Source: Piromyces finnis finn
Taxonomy: Eukaryota; Fungi; Neocallimastigomycota
NCBI GenBank assembly: GCA_002104945.1
Contig: MCFH01000016.1
Location: 372,001 to 436,000, forward strand
Direction: 5' to 3'
DNA: 64,000 nt
Part shown: piece by piece, positions 15,628-29,207 of the stretch
Layout of the letters: each line of letters starts with the position of its first letter
Numbering within the stretch: the first letter of the stretch is position 1
Made by a program: the position numbers and the translations under genes
Notes under the pieces: generated by a model
Told to the model about the DNA's origin: nothing
The model's database searches: none
What the model saw: only the letters and a program-made list of their open reading frames with translations

Positions 15628-18600
15628 ATGTGCTGTTACAATAATAAAACAATAATTAAAATCTTTCTTTATATAATGTAGATAAATATTAGAAATAATA
15701 AAGACATAAGTAATAATTTAAACCATGTTTAATAATAATTAAATAGTAAATTTTCAATTTTTTATCGTTAAGTGTATAATAATTATGAGGCATTTGATTA
15801 TCTTAAAAGAGTCATAGTTACACTATGACTATTTACCCGCGCTAAATATGAATCATTTTGAATTTTAATATGTATCTAAATACTGAATATAATTGTTATC
15901 CTTTTTTATTTCAATTTATAATATAGTTAAAATTTTGAACAACAACAATAACAGTTTTTATATTTTTTACCTAAATTTACGGTCTCAAAACTAACAAAAA
16001 TAAAAATAGTGTAATTTAATTTATTCATATTTAGACATATTTAAGTGTTTATGATAAATACTTAAATAGAGCTAGTATATTAAAATAGAAAATTAATCTA
16101 TATAAATTAGGAAATCATTAAGTATAATACAATACACAACACAAAATATTATACAATTTTAAAAAAACTCTATAAAAAAAATAAATAAGTCTATGTAACT
16201 CAAAAAATTCAATTAACCATTATATTTAATTGGTTAATATGGTAAATAATAACTATTAGATATCTATTAATAATGAAATAATCCTTTTAAGTTATACTTA
16301 ATTATTACTATTTTGATGATTATTAAATACATATTAGTAATATAGAATAAATTAATATTCTATAGTAATTAAAATAATTAAACATATCAAGTAATTAATA
16401 ACATAACTATTATTACAGTTTTATTATTATAAAAATATACAATTTTTAAACTTGTAATATTAAATGTGTTTGATTTTAACTTTATATTATATATATGTGT
16501 AAGATATTAATAAATTAATTTATACTAATCTTTGACTTTTAATATAATGTGACTCGGTTTCGGTAAAATATCAACAAAATGTTAAAAATAAAGAATAAAC
16601 TTTAAATAATATTAAATAATGAAACAAGTAGGTAAATAATAGTAATAAATTAAATTTAATTAATTAAAAGCAATAGAGTTAGTTAAAATATTAATATCAT
16701 TCACATATTATAGTTGTAAATGATATTAATATTTTAACTTATTACAGTAGTTTTCGTAACATTAATAATCATAAAATAACAACAATAATAACAATAATAA
16801 TGATTAAATGTATTTTTTTATTATTATTATAAGCTAATATTAATAACTATATTATAATAATATATAATAATATTACATTAAATTAGTATTTTAAAAATTA
16901 TGTTATAATATATAAAGTAATTTAATGCATATAGAAATAATATATATTGATTTTTTATTGCTAAAAATACAATAAATTCTCTTCCTTTGACATATAGATA
17001 AGATACTATAAATGTTAAATAAGTAAATTTTATATTAAAATAATAAAATCATTAAAAATCATAAAACTTATAAATATTGACTATATATTAATATAATAGT
17101 AATTTTCATATAATATTACTAATACTTTCGTGTTTTAATTATAATTCTTCAAAGATTGACTCGAAGAATACTTATTGATTATCATTCTTTTTAATTAATT
17201 AAATTTGCAAATATATAATTAATTAAAAAAATAAAAAATTAATTTTTTAATTAATAAATCAAAAGTAAAAGAAGTCAATCTTGTTATTTAAAATAACTTT
17301 TTTTTTTTTTTAAAAAAAAAATAGTATTTTTTATTTATCTTTTATTTATTTTATATTGTTTAATATATTATTCAAAACCAAAACAATCATATAATACAAA
17401 GTAAGATTATCGAGAACATTTTAAATTTTAATAATTGTTAATAAAAGTGAAAAAAATTAAATAATAAAATTTATAAAGTATTTATTTAAATGAATCACCT
17501 CTATATATATCATATATATTATCATTTATAAATCTTTTAATGTATTAAGATATTTAATATATAATTTGAATTTATTTAATTTCAATAAATAGTTTTAAAT
17601 ATATTCTTTCTTTTATACTTACTCGGCTATATTCACTTTAATTTAAATATATATAAATGAGTTATCGAAATACCTTTATAAATACCACAACATATTGTTG
17701 ATTAAATAATTATTCATGGGTTTATTAACATATATTAAAAGCTGTTTTAGTTACTTATATGTTCTTAATTTTATATTTAGTTTTTATTATATTTATTATA
17801 ATATAGTTATATAGATTTTATAGCAAAAGTTCATTTATTATAAATATTATAAATATTTATTATATACGCGCATTCCTTAATTATTTGAATTGTATTTTTT
17901 ATTTTAAATAATTAGTTTTTTAATTAAGTAAAAAAAGGAAATAATTAATTTAAAAATTTTATATTAATATTATAATTTTTTAATTCAATTCAATTATAAT
18001 ACTAAAATATATTACAATATATTCTTGTTTTAACTTGAAGTTTTTTCCATATAATAAAAGAATATTTATTTCATTTAATAATACTAAAAATAATTACATT
18101 ATTCTTTATGATAAAGGTCAACTTTTTTTTTTTCTTTAATATATATATAAACTATATAAGCAGTACAATTAATTAAATGAATTACTAAATTACAAATATA
18201 TATATTATATGCAATACCTAGTCATTTTTTATTATGTTGATTTAGAATAAAATAATTTATTATTAAGAGTATTTTAATATATTGTTGAAATATATAAAAT
18301 AAAATTAAATGATATATTTATATTTAAAAATAAAATAATGGATAAATTTAATAATTAAAAAGTTATAAAAAAAAAATAATTTATCGAAGGCATTTCATTA
18401 TAATATAAAAGTCAGTATTTTTCTTTTTCTTTTTTTTTTCTCTTTGCTTTTTTAAGGTTGCTAATTTTTATTATTTTTTTTATTTATTATTGGAAGGAGG
18501 TTTAAAATACTATAACATATAAACCGAACTTCCATTATAAACGGGGAGAATTAAATTATTAAATTAAGTAATAAAAAAAGAAGTTAAACTAATTAGAAAA

Positions 18601-20056
18601 ACAAAACAAAACAAAATTTTGTATATATAATTTTTATTTTAATAATTTATATAAAAATTAAATTATTATCATTATTTTAATTTTTTACAGTAATATTACA
18701 CTTAATGTTAGTGTTTAATTATATATCAAATAATATATATAATTAAATAAATTTAACGTAATTTTGATAAAAAAACACACACCATTTTTATATTAAAACT
18801 ATAGTTTTAAAAAAGTATTTATTTATATTTATAATAAGTATAAGTATAGAAATACTCACAAAAAAATACTTTATTAAATAAAAGTATAAAAAAATTTTTT
18901 TTTTAATTTTTAAACACTACAAAATATAATCTATCTTATTTAACTTAAAAAAAAATAAAAAAATAAAAAATTACATATTTTTAGTAAGTATTTTATTAAA
19001 ATATCCAATTTTCTGTATATAAAAACCATTCTAACAAATTATATATTATAAAGGAACAACAATTATTAAGCCTTCCCTTTTAAAGAGATCATAATATATA
19101 TAAAGTATCTAATTTTAGGTATATAAAAATATTTTATTAAATTATTGGTCATGAATAATTATTTGTTTGATAAAAAAATAATGATATTATATTATAATAA
19201 ATATATAATAGTAATTGAAACATTATTGATATAAAATAAATAAATAAATAAAAAAAAAACAAAGGGTAATACTATAAAAAAGTTCTAAAATTGAATAATA
19301 TTTTTTTGTTACCCTTTTTAGTTTTTTTTTATGGATAATTTAATATTTATTTTTTATATATATATATATATAAACTTTAAATTTTAAAATTCATCGTAGC
19401 ACAAATTATTTATTACTAAATTGATAAAAATAAAAATTATATAGATAGTATTACAATATATTTATATATATTGTTTAAAATTAATAATATATTGATAAAT
19501 ATATATTAAAATTTTGAAAGAAAATTTGGACTATTTATATCAATAAAAGATTATTTTTTTTTCTTTACAAATATTTTTTGAAAAAAAGAGAAATTTACAT
19601 CGATAATAACTAAATCTCTATTAACATTTAAAAATAAATACTTATTAGTATTATTTTTTTTAGATAAATAGACTTTAGAGAGAAAATAAAATAATAAAGT
19701 CTTATTTAGAGGGAAAATACAACAATATAGTTATTTATATTATTTTATTTATAAAAGTAAGTATTAATATATATTATATAATTTATATCATAACAAAAAA
19801 GTATAAAGAAATTCTATGAAGAAAAACAATTTATTTAAATAGAAAATATAAGATAGAAACAATTAAATAATAATAATATTTTTTATTAGTAACATAGTTT
19901 TATAAATATTAATTCAATTTTTTTAAATTATTGAATATGAATGATTAAAATTTCAAATTTCATCATTTTAATTTATTTTATTTGATATTTATAATTATAA
20001 TTAGCTTTTAGTAGTATATATTTTAAGTTTCTCTTGTAATAAACTTAATTAAAAAA

Positions 20057-23000
20057 ATGACTGATGCCTATGTTACTTTAGTTACTTCTGATAACTATGT
20101 CTCAGGGGCTGTTACTTTAGCTCACTCATTGAGACTTAGTGGAACCAACAAAAAAATTGTTTGTATGGTAACTCCAGAAGTTTCATCCGGAAGTAAGGAC
20201 TATCTTTTAGATCCAGATCATTTATATGATGAATTGATTTCTGTTGAGCCATTTAATTCTTTTGATACTGCCAATTTAAGTCTTTTAGGTAGACCAGAAT
20301 TAGGTGTAACTCTTACAAAAATTAATGTTTGGAATATGTTACAATTCCGTTATGTTGTTTTTATTGATGCAGATGCTATGGTTTTAAGAAACATTGATGA
20401 ATTATTTGAACGCTTGGAAAGAGCTGATACTGGTGTTAATGCTGAAGTATTTGCTGCTGCTCCAGATACTGGATGGCCAGATAACTTCAACTCTGGTTTA
20501 TTTGCATGTAAACCATCTATCGAAACCTATTCCAACTTAAAGGCTTTGGCTCTTTCTGCTGGTAGTTTCGATGGTGCTGATCAGGGCTTATTAAATCGTT
20601 ATTTCAAGAATTGGGCCAATACATCTTATGGTCGTCTTTCTTTCACCTTTAATGTTACTCCTTCTGCATATTACTCTTACGCTCCAGCTTATGCTGAATA
20701 CATGAGTAATATCAAAGTTGTTCATTTTATTGGTTCAGAAAAACCATGGAATTGGAATTTACGTTTTGCTGATGGTAAAATTATGCCAAGAGGATTTACT
20801 TCACATCAATTTAGAGAACTAGCTATTCAATGGTGGAATATCCGTGATGATTTCGATACTTTTAAGAGAAATGGTTATAAAAAAATTGAATATGTTCCAC
20901 CAACTCCACCACCAGAACAACCACAATATAATGAACCACCACATGAAGAATATCATCAAGAAAATTATCAAGAATATCATGAACCACCACATGAAGAATA
21001 CCATGAAGAATACCATGAGGAATATCATGAAGAATATCATGAACCACCACACGAAGAATATCATGAAGCTCCACGTGAAGCTTCCTATGAACCACCACAC
21101 GAAGAATATCATGAAGCTCCACGTGAAGCTTCCTATGAACCACCACACGAAGAATATCATGAACCACCACATGAAGAACAACAATACATTCCACCACCAC
21201 CACCAGAACCAGAACCACCTCATTGGGAATCTTGGTCAACTTGGCATCCAACTGATAATGCTTGGCAAGATCCACAGCCAGTCAATGACTACAATTCTCA
21301 AAAAGTAGAAGACTTCTCTCAATCTCAATACTATCCAAACTTTGAGGTAGTTACTCCACCAGAAAATCGTGAAATTCCAAAGGAAGAACCATTTACTTTT
21401 GTTGATTGTCCAAAGCCACCACATATTCATGATATTATGGAAGCTTACGATAATAAACAAAATGAACCAGAAAATGTTTCTGTTTATGAAGAAGAAATCG
21501 AAGAAGAAGATATGAAGAACGCCGAAGAAAATTACTACTCATTTGATAAAGTAAGTTTTTATTTAATGAAATTCTATATTATTTATATGTTTATTTTTTA
21601 ATACAATTATATTAATTTTTTTTTATTTTATATATATTATTAAGGCTCCAACTAGTGATTTATCTAATTATAAGGTTGGATGGGACTTTGGTGAACTTAA
21701 TGGTTTCAAGCCACATAGAGAAAAAATGACAGAAGAAGAAAAAGAAAGTAATAGATTATTTATGAATCTTCCAGGTATTAGGGTTAATTATTTATATGAA
21801 ACAACTAGAGATTCAAATGACTTCTATAGACCAGAAAATGATTATAAATATGATCCATCTATTAATGGATCATTTGCAGAATATGGTAACTTAACTGAAA
21901 AACCAACTTATGAAGTTGCTTCTGAATATGGATCAGAAAATCAATCCTTTGTTCATGAACCAAATAGTTATGTAAGTGAAACTCATGAATCTGAAGCCGA
22001 TCTTGATAATTATGATTTATACGGATTTTCATATCTTCCTAATCTTCGTAAAAAGAAATCTGAATCTAGTATGTCTATTACTTCTGATACCCCATCAGGT
22101 CACAGAATAATGTCGAGACGCCGTTCAATCGCCTCTTCTGTTTCTATGGACTTTGAAGACTTCCAATTTAATAAAAATACTTTTGGTATCGATAATGATG
22201 ATCCATACAATTATAATGGTGTTATTGATGATAATTTCCATGATGATTTGTTTGAAGATGTTGATGTTTATGATGGCATGTATATGGATCAACAAGAACC
22301 ATATACTGATGAAAACGCTAGTTATGACATTCAAGATGACTTACAAAATGAAGGTTACTTCCCAGAAGAATTTGATGAATTAAATAAAAATAAAGTTACT
22401 GATACAATTAAAATTACAGAGGTTACTAATGAAATATCTCTTCCAGAGAATAAAAATACTGTAGTTGTTTCTGATACTTATATTACTAAACATAAAGAAC
22501 CAGAAACTGATGTTGAAGTTGAATCAGAAATTAATGCACAACCAAAGGAAGTTACTGTTCCAGAACCAAAGGAAGCTCCAAAGACTGAATCTAAGAAATC
22601 CAAGAAAGAATCAGTTACTTCCCAACCAAAGGAAGTTACTGTTCCAGAACCAAAGGAAGCTTCAAAGACTGAATCTAAGAAATCCAAGAAAGAATCAGTT
22701 ACTTCCCAACCAAAGGAAGTTACTGTTCCAGAACCAAAGGAAGCTCCAAAGACTGAATCTAAGAAATCCAAGAAAGAATCAGTTACTTCCCAACCAAAGG
22801 AAGTTACTGTTCCAGAACCAAAGGAAGCTCCAAAGACTGAATCTAAGAAATCAAAAAAAGAATCAGTTACTTCTCAACCAAAGGAAGCTATTGTTCCAGA
22901 ACCAAAAGAAGTTCCAAAAACTGAATCTAAAAAATCTAAGAAGGAATCAGTTATTTCTCAACAAAAGGAAGTAGTTGTTCCTGAACAAACAAAGTCAGTA

Positions 23001-24314
23001 TCTAAAGTCTCTGTAGATCCACAAGAGAATGAAGTTGAAATAATTGAAGAAATTGTTGAAATTCCATATGAACAGATAACTCAAACCAAAAATAAAAATG
23101 AAACACAATTAAATGCAGTTTCTGAACCTCAAATAAAGAAAACTTCATCAAAAAAGACAACTATTAAAAAGTCTAGCACTAAAAAAACAACATCAAAGAT
23201 TGTAAAGACTCCAGAAGAAGAAGTAGAAGTTATTGAAGAAATTGTTGAAATACCATACGAACAAAAAATACAATCAAAGAGTAAAGATTTACCAGTTTCT
23301 AATACTGAAAAAGTTATAACCAAGGGACCAAATGGCGAAGAACAAGAAATCGAAGTTATTGAAGAAGTTATTGAAATTCCTTATGATTCAAAGAAGGGTG
23401 GTTCAGAAGATGAAGTTGAAGTTGTTGAAGAAATCATTGAAGTTCCATATGATCAACCAGAACAACAAAAACTTGTTTCTAAAAAGGTTACAAAACAAGT
23501 TATAAGAAAAAATCAAAAAACAGGTAAGGAAGAAGTGGTTGAAGAAAATGTCATAGAAAATTTAAGTAGTAATACTAATGTTCATAATGCTGTTGATAAC
23601 ATTGAAGTTAAAGAAGAAGTTATTGAAATCCCATCTAACAAGCCAAATCAACAAAAGGTTATTTCAAAGAAGGTTACAAAACAAACCATTAAGGTTAATC
23701 CAGTAACTGGAGATAAAGAAATTGTTGAAGAAGTTGTCAGTGAACCAATTAAAACTAGAGAAGCTCCAAAGGTTGAACAACTAACTCAACAAATTTCAAA
23801 GAAATCAGAAATAAGCAAGCCAATTAAGAAAACATCTTCTTCAAAGATAACCATTTCATCATCAAAGAAAGTTGTTTCTGGACCAACTAAAACAGTTACT
23901 ACCACCTCAAAGTTTAATATCACCAAAAAATCTATAAGAAAATCACCATCAGGAAAAATTTTAGAAGTTAAGAGTTTACCTGTTAATAATTCAGTATCTA
24001 ATACCAAGGTAACTCGTACTATTGTTATTAAGAATAAGAACGGTGATGTTGTTGAAACTAAGACACTTGAAGGAACTCTTGATGATATTAAAAACCAAAC
24101 TAGTAATTTAATTGGTTCCGGTGTTGTTCAAGTTTCTGATGAATCAAACCATGTATCTACAAATATTAGAAGAACTGTTATAAAAAAGAATGCTAAAGGC
24201 GAAATTTTATCAACAGAAGTTAAAAACATAAAGGATGAAGATTCTTTAGATAATATGAAAATTCTTTCATTTAATCAAAAAAACTCCTCAAACACCCTTT
24301 TTCATGAGCAATAA
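20057..24314 (+). CDS. GLG/GYG: Glycogenin (GT8) with long repetitive C-terminal extension; exons 20057-21550 and 21645-24314, about 1387 aa
   Basis: AYVTLVTSDNY, LTKINVW, FIDADAMV (DxD), FAAAPD.GWPDNFNSG, SFDGADQGLLN, YSYAPAY and HFIGSEKPW are canonical glycogenin motifs. A phase-0 intron (GTAAG at 21551, TAAG ending 21644) joins the two ORFs in frame (..FDK/APTSDLSNYKVGWDF..). Confidence 0.9.
20927..21187 (+). repeat. Coding His/Glu/Tyr-rich repeats (PPHEEYH, with a duplicated 16-aa unit) in glycogenin
   Basis: Repeated (gaaccacca)catgaagaatatcat units; EPPHEEYHEAPREASY occurs twice (48 bp). Confidence 0.9.
22539..22990 (+). repeat. 84-bp (28-aa) coding tandem repeat, five copies plus a degenerate sixth
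   Basis: QPKEVTVPEPKEAPKTESKKSKKESVTS starts at 22539, 22623, 22707, 22791 and 22875. Confidence 0.95.
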
Positions 24315-26679
24315 TTAAAATAATTATCAGATTTATTTCCATACAAAAATCAATTACTATAATATATTCATTTTTAAAATTATTTATGTCTTTTATTTAA
24401 ATAATATTCAGTAGTTTTATTATATAATAAAATCAGCAATCCTACAATAATTTAATTTTTAATTTTTCACAATGATATGATAATAAGAAGTTATCGAAAA
24501 AAAAAAGTAGAATTAAAGAAATCTTTAAGAATATTTATTATTATTTTAAAATCAATTTAGTATGTACAAAAAACAGCGTTAGCTATTTCCTCTATTTTAT
24601 TAATATGTTTATAATATATAAATAATACCACTTAAATGTAAAAAAAATTATATATTATATGTCAGTTATTAATAGCAATTAAATCAGTAAAACATTACAA
24701 TGATTCAATTAGAGGAAAGAGAACCAAATAAATTTGTATAAATATAATTATCCAACAATATATTTTATTATCAATACAATCAAAAAAAAAAAAAAAAAAA
24801 TTAAAAAACAAAAAATCAAAATAAAAAAATCAAAATTAAATATTTCAATCAATCAATTTTCTTCATAATTAAAAAATAATACAAAAAAAGTATTATTTAT
24901 AAAAGTACCATTATATTATTAAATATGCCTTTTTTTTTCAATAAAGAAAAAAGTCACAATATATTTAAAGAACTATTACTATATTAGTTATTAAAATAAT
25001 ATATATGAATAAGTTATTAATCTACTATTTTTACAAAGCTTTAAATCAATATTATGAAGAATCTATACCTAAAATAAAATATATTACATATAATATATTT
25101 TATATAACAATATAAAAAATAACTTTTATATAGGATACTTTTTTTATTATATTTAAAATAAGATTATGTTCTATATACATCTTTTTGTTTATCTATAAAT
25201 CGATTAAACAAATAGTTAATAATCATATATAAATCAAAACCAATATTAAATATAAACAAAATTATACTTTAATATAAGAAAAATATTGCTTATGTTAAGA
25301 AAATTATACATTCAAAATAATCAAATTATTTTTTAAAAAAAGAAAGATCAAAAAAATCTCAAAAAAAAAAAAAAAAAAAAAAAACCAAAAAACCAAAAAA
25401 CCAAAAAAAGCAAAAAACAAAACAACAAATATAACTCAAAAAAAAAAAATGTTTAAAAAAAATCCAGAATTAATTTATTTTGAAATAATATTTTTTTATA
25501 AAAGATATTTTTAAAATATTTAAAGGGTTTTTTTTTTTAACCTTTTTCAATTATAGATACAAAAAATAGATAGTAGAAATATAGGATAATTATTTCATTT
25601 TTTTTTTATAATAATTTAATCCCCTCTTTTTATATAATAATATATATAAAAAGTTTATTACCCATAATGATAATTAAAAAAATTCATTTTATTTTTTATC
25701 CCTAAAATATACTTTTATTCATTTGTATATTTTTATTAGAAAAATCTTTTTTATATAAAAAAAATAATATTATAATAATTCCCTAATTTTTTTTTAATTT
25801 CAACGCTTTTTTTTTTTTTAAAGTAAATTCTTTTTATTAAGATACAAAGAAAAATTAAATATTAAAAAAAACTTTTTATTTAGTAAATATAAATATAAAT
25901 TCAATATATATAAATAAAATTTTTTTATTAAAAAAGAAATTTAAGTTTTTATTTCCTTCATTTCTTTTTTTATCCTATTTATTTATATTAAAAAAAAATA
26001 AGTTTAATAATAACTTAAAAATTAAAAAAAAAACTAAAACAAAAGCAATTTATAAAAAAAGTATATATAATTATTTAAGAAAAAATTAAATTACGAAAAT
26101 TATTAAAATAAAAATAAAATAAAAAGAAAGAAAAAAAATAAAATAAAATAAAAATTAAAAATAAAAACTTAACAACAAAAAGAAACATTTTGAATATGAT
26201 TTTGTGTAACCTTCTTTTTATAGCAAGTTAATTGTTATTTCAAAAATAATTTTTTGCCAATGAAAAGTTTTATATATATAAAAGAGGTGGAAAAGGACAT
26301 ATTTATTTTTTATGTTGGTTTATTGTTTTTACAGTATTATAATATAGTAATTTTACATGTGTATGTGTATATAAAACTAAAACAAAAATACTTTATTTGT
26401 TTGATTTATTATTAAAATATTTAAAAAATAATGATATATGATATAATAAAACATAAATAAAATAAAAAAAAAAATTAATAGTATATTCCACTAATATTTT
26501 ATTAATTTATATACTTTAAAAAAATTGTAAAAAAAAAAAAAAATAATTAAATAATTAAAAAGATTGTAAAAAAAAAAATAATAATTAAATAATTTAGTTA
26601 AAGAAGTACAATAAAATACTAATTAAGAGTTTCATTATTATTATTAATTTTTTTTTGTGGGTATTATTATTTATATTAT

Positions 26680-28203
26680 TTATCTTATATATTGATCAAA
26701 GCTATAAATATCAACAGGACTTAGAAGAGTATTATTTGTTAATATATTAGATGACATATTTATTAAATTATCAGCGTATGATGAGGTATGGGTTATACTA
26801 TCACGATTTCTTTCATTATTATTTGATATATTAGGTTGAGATGTTCTAAATATATTAATCAATTGATTTTTATAATAGGTTTCGCATTTTTTGCATAAAA
26901 CAATACAGTAGTGTAAATCTTTATTACCAATATAAAAGGAAATATTATCAATACACATATTGCAATAAAGATTATTACAATATGAGCAGAGAGCAAAGTT
27001 ATTTTCTCTTACACGTTTTTCAACTTCTACTTTATCAAAAGATATTAAAGAATTATTATGAGTTTCATTAATACATGTTTTACAATAACTTTTAGTACAA
27101 TTTTTTCCAGAGCAAACTACTAAATTTTCATTATCATCTTTACATTTATTACATACATAATAATCACATTTGTCACAAGCCTTGTATAAATATCCTAAAT
27201 TTTGACATATAGTACTTTGTCCACATGACATACTATTACAATAACGACATTGAAGAACCTTTTTAGGTTGATTACATGTATAACAATAATCACAATTACA
27301 TGTAGTACAATTTAAACCATGTGCTCGGCAATCACGACATGTTGGATCACCTCCACATGATTCACAAGTCCAAAGTGGAAGGCATTGATCACAATATTCT
27401 TTTTTACATATTTTACAATGAGATAATTTCTCTATATCTGTGACATCAAATTTTAATTTTTTATCTGAACATATTTTTGATATTTTATTACATTCATGAC
27501 ATATCTTCATGTCTAACTGTATATCCTTCCATTGTTTATTAATTTTTTCAATTCGTTCCACAGAAATATTTTTACATCCATAAAAAAATAAATATTTTAA
27601 ATGTGAGAAATAATCTAAAATGCAGTATGTGTATTCTGACGATTTTTCTAATGTGTAGTCTTCTTGATTTTCTTTATTCTTACTACTTTCATTTATTGCT
27701 CTTTTCACGTTGTCATTCGTAGTTTCTTTTTCTTCTGTTGCTTTATCATTTTTTTCTATATTATATGTTATTTTTTTGACATCATCATACTTATATGTTT
27801 CGCAAAGAATCGAAATATCAAAATTTGTACCTCTAAGATCTAAAGTTATTAAATTATTTAAACTATTACTATTAATAATCATTGAAAAACATTGTTTATT
27901 AAAGCAACTCCATATCTTTAAATACTGAATTTGATTTTTTCCTCTTTTCAATACAATTTTATAGATTGTTTCCCAATCCATTTTCTCTTCATTTTTTAAT
28001 CTGGAAATCACTGAAATACTATCTTTAGTATATCTATCTGTAAGTTTTTTTACCTTTTCTTGAAAATTGACTTTTTTCCATTTTTGAGAAAGTAATGGAT
28101 CAAATGTCAATGTATACCATAATTTACATACTAATGAACATTTTAATAATTCTTTATCATTTAATTGTTGAAAAACAAAAGGTAAAATAACTTGTGGAAT
28201 CAT
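26680..28203 (-). CDS. F-box protein with LRR-like middle and Cys-rich multi-zinc-finger C-terminus, apparently intronless
   Basis: N-terminal MIPQVILPFVFQQLNDKELLKCSLVCKLWY is an F-box. LITLDLRGT and LKYLFFYGCKNIS are LRR-like. A long run of CxxC pairs follows. Confidence 0.85.
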   Translation of the reverse strand: MIPQVILPFVFQQLNDKELLKCSLVCKLWYTLTFDPLLSQKWKKVNFQEKVKKLTDRYTKDSISVISRLKNEEKMDWETIYKIVLKRGKNQIQYLKIWSCFNKQCFSMIINSNSLNNLITLDLRGTNFDISILCETYKYDDVKKITYNIEKNDKATEEKETTNDNVKRAINESSKNKENQEDYTLEKSSEYTYCILDYFSHLKYLFFYGCKNISVERIEKINKQWKDIQLDMKICHECNKISKICSDKKLKFDVTDIEKLSHCKICKKEYCDQCLPLWTCESCGGDPTCRDCRAHGLNCTTCNCDYCYTCNQPKKVLQCRYCNSMSCGQSTICQNLGYLYKACDKCDYYVCNKCKDDNENLVVCSGKNCTKSYCKTCINETHNNSLISFDKVEVEKRVRENNFALCSYCNNLYCNMCIDNISFYIGNKDLHYCIVLCKKCETYYKNQLINIFRTSQPNISNNNERNRDSITHTSSYADNLINMSSNILTNNTLLSPVDIYSFDQYIR

Positions 28204-28496
28204 TCGTTTCTTTTTTTTTATTTAATCTTTTTATATATTTATATATAAAACTTTAAAAAAAATAGTTATTTTATATTTCTTATTTTTTATTTTTATTAAT
28301 TATATAAATCATTATATGTTATTTAAAAGTTCATTTATATTTTAATGATAAAAGCTACACAATATTCTAAAATGCTATAATGAAAGTTTTTATATTAAGT
28401 TATTAATAAAAAGGAAAAATTAATAACCTAATGAAAAATAAGTATGTTTCTCTACTATTTTATGTGTGTTAGAATTTATTGTAAAAAATAATTTAT

Positions 28497-28536
<40 letters not shown>

Positions 28537-29207
28537 TTATAAATATATAAAAAAAAAAAAAAAGGAAAGAAAATAAGATTCTTTAACAAAATAATATAAA
28601 GGATAATTAAATCTTATAAAAATAACAAAATAAAAAAATAATATTATAATAGTATTGATATGTAATATATGTAATATATGTAATATATAATTAATAATTA
28701 ATATTAAGCTTCCTCAAAATTATTTTGCTATTTATAAGCATACATTATTGTTAAAATAAGCTTTTTAACTTTTTTTTTTTGAAAGAAAAAAAGAATTATT
28801 AATAAATTAAAACTTTTTTATTATTGGCTATTTGAATATGAAATAATTTAAAATATATTGAAGTTTTATTTTAAAACAAAAATCATCAACAAACCACAAT
28901 ACTTATTTAATTTATTAAAAATAATATAGCCAATTAGTCGTAAAAAAAATTAGTAATACTTTCTAAATTTATATTATTTTTATTATAAATTTTATTAATT
29001 ACAAAAAGAGGTAAACTATTTTTAGAAGAGATTATTATGAAGTTTTATAATATTAGTGTACTTAAGAAAAAGTGAATAAAATTATTATTTAATAATATTA
29101 AAATTAAATATAGTATAAAATGTATATACATAAAAAAGATATTATTTATGTACATATGACATAAAGATTATTTAAAATTTATTTTAAAAAAAAAGTTAAT
29201 AACCTTT

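Noticed and set aside
17864-17871. Isolated ACGCG or CACGTG motifs (also near 39833) as regulatory sites
   Set aside because: Single short occurrences with no supporting context.
20819-21460. Overlapping Trp/Met/Phe-rich and alternative-frame ORFs; similar at 22465-22974 and 54003-55418
   Set aside because: Frame artefacts of stop-free coding repeats in glycogenin and the expansin-like gene.
22539-22990. CRISPR-like regular repeats
   Set aside because: Direct tandem units with no unique spacers, in frame within a eukaryotic CDS.
21726-24314. Separate 862-aa gene
   Set aside because: Better explained as exon 2 of glycogenin, given the in-frame GT..AG intron and open frame from 21645.
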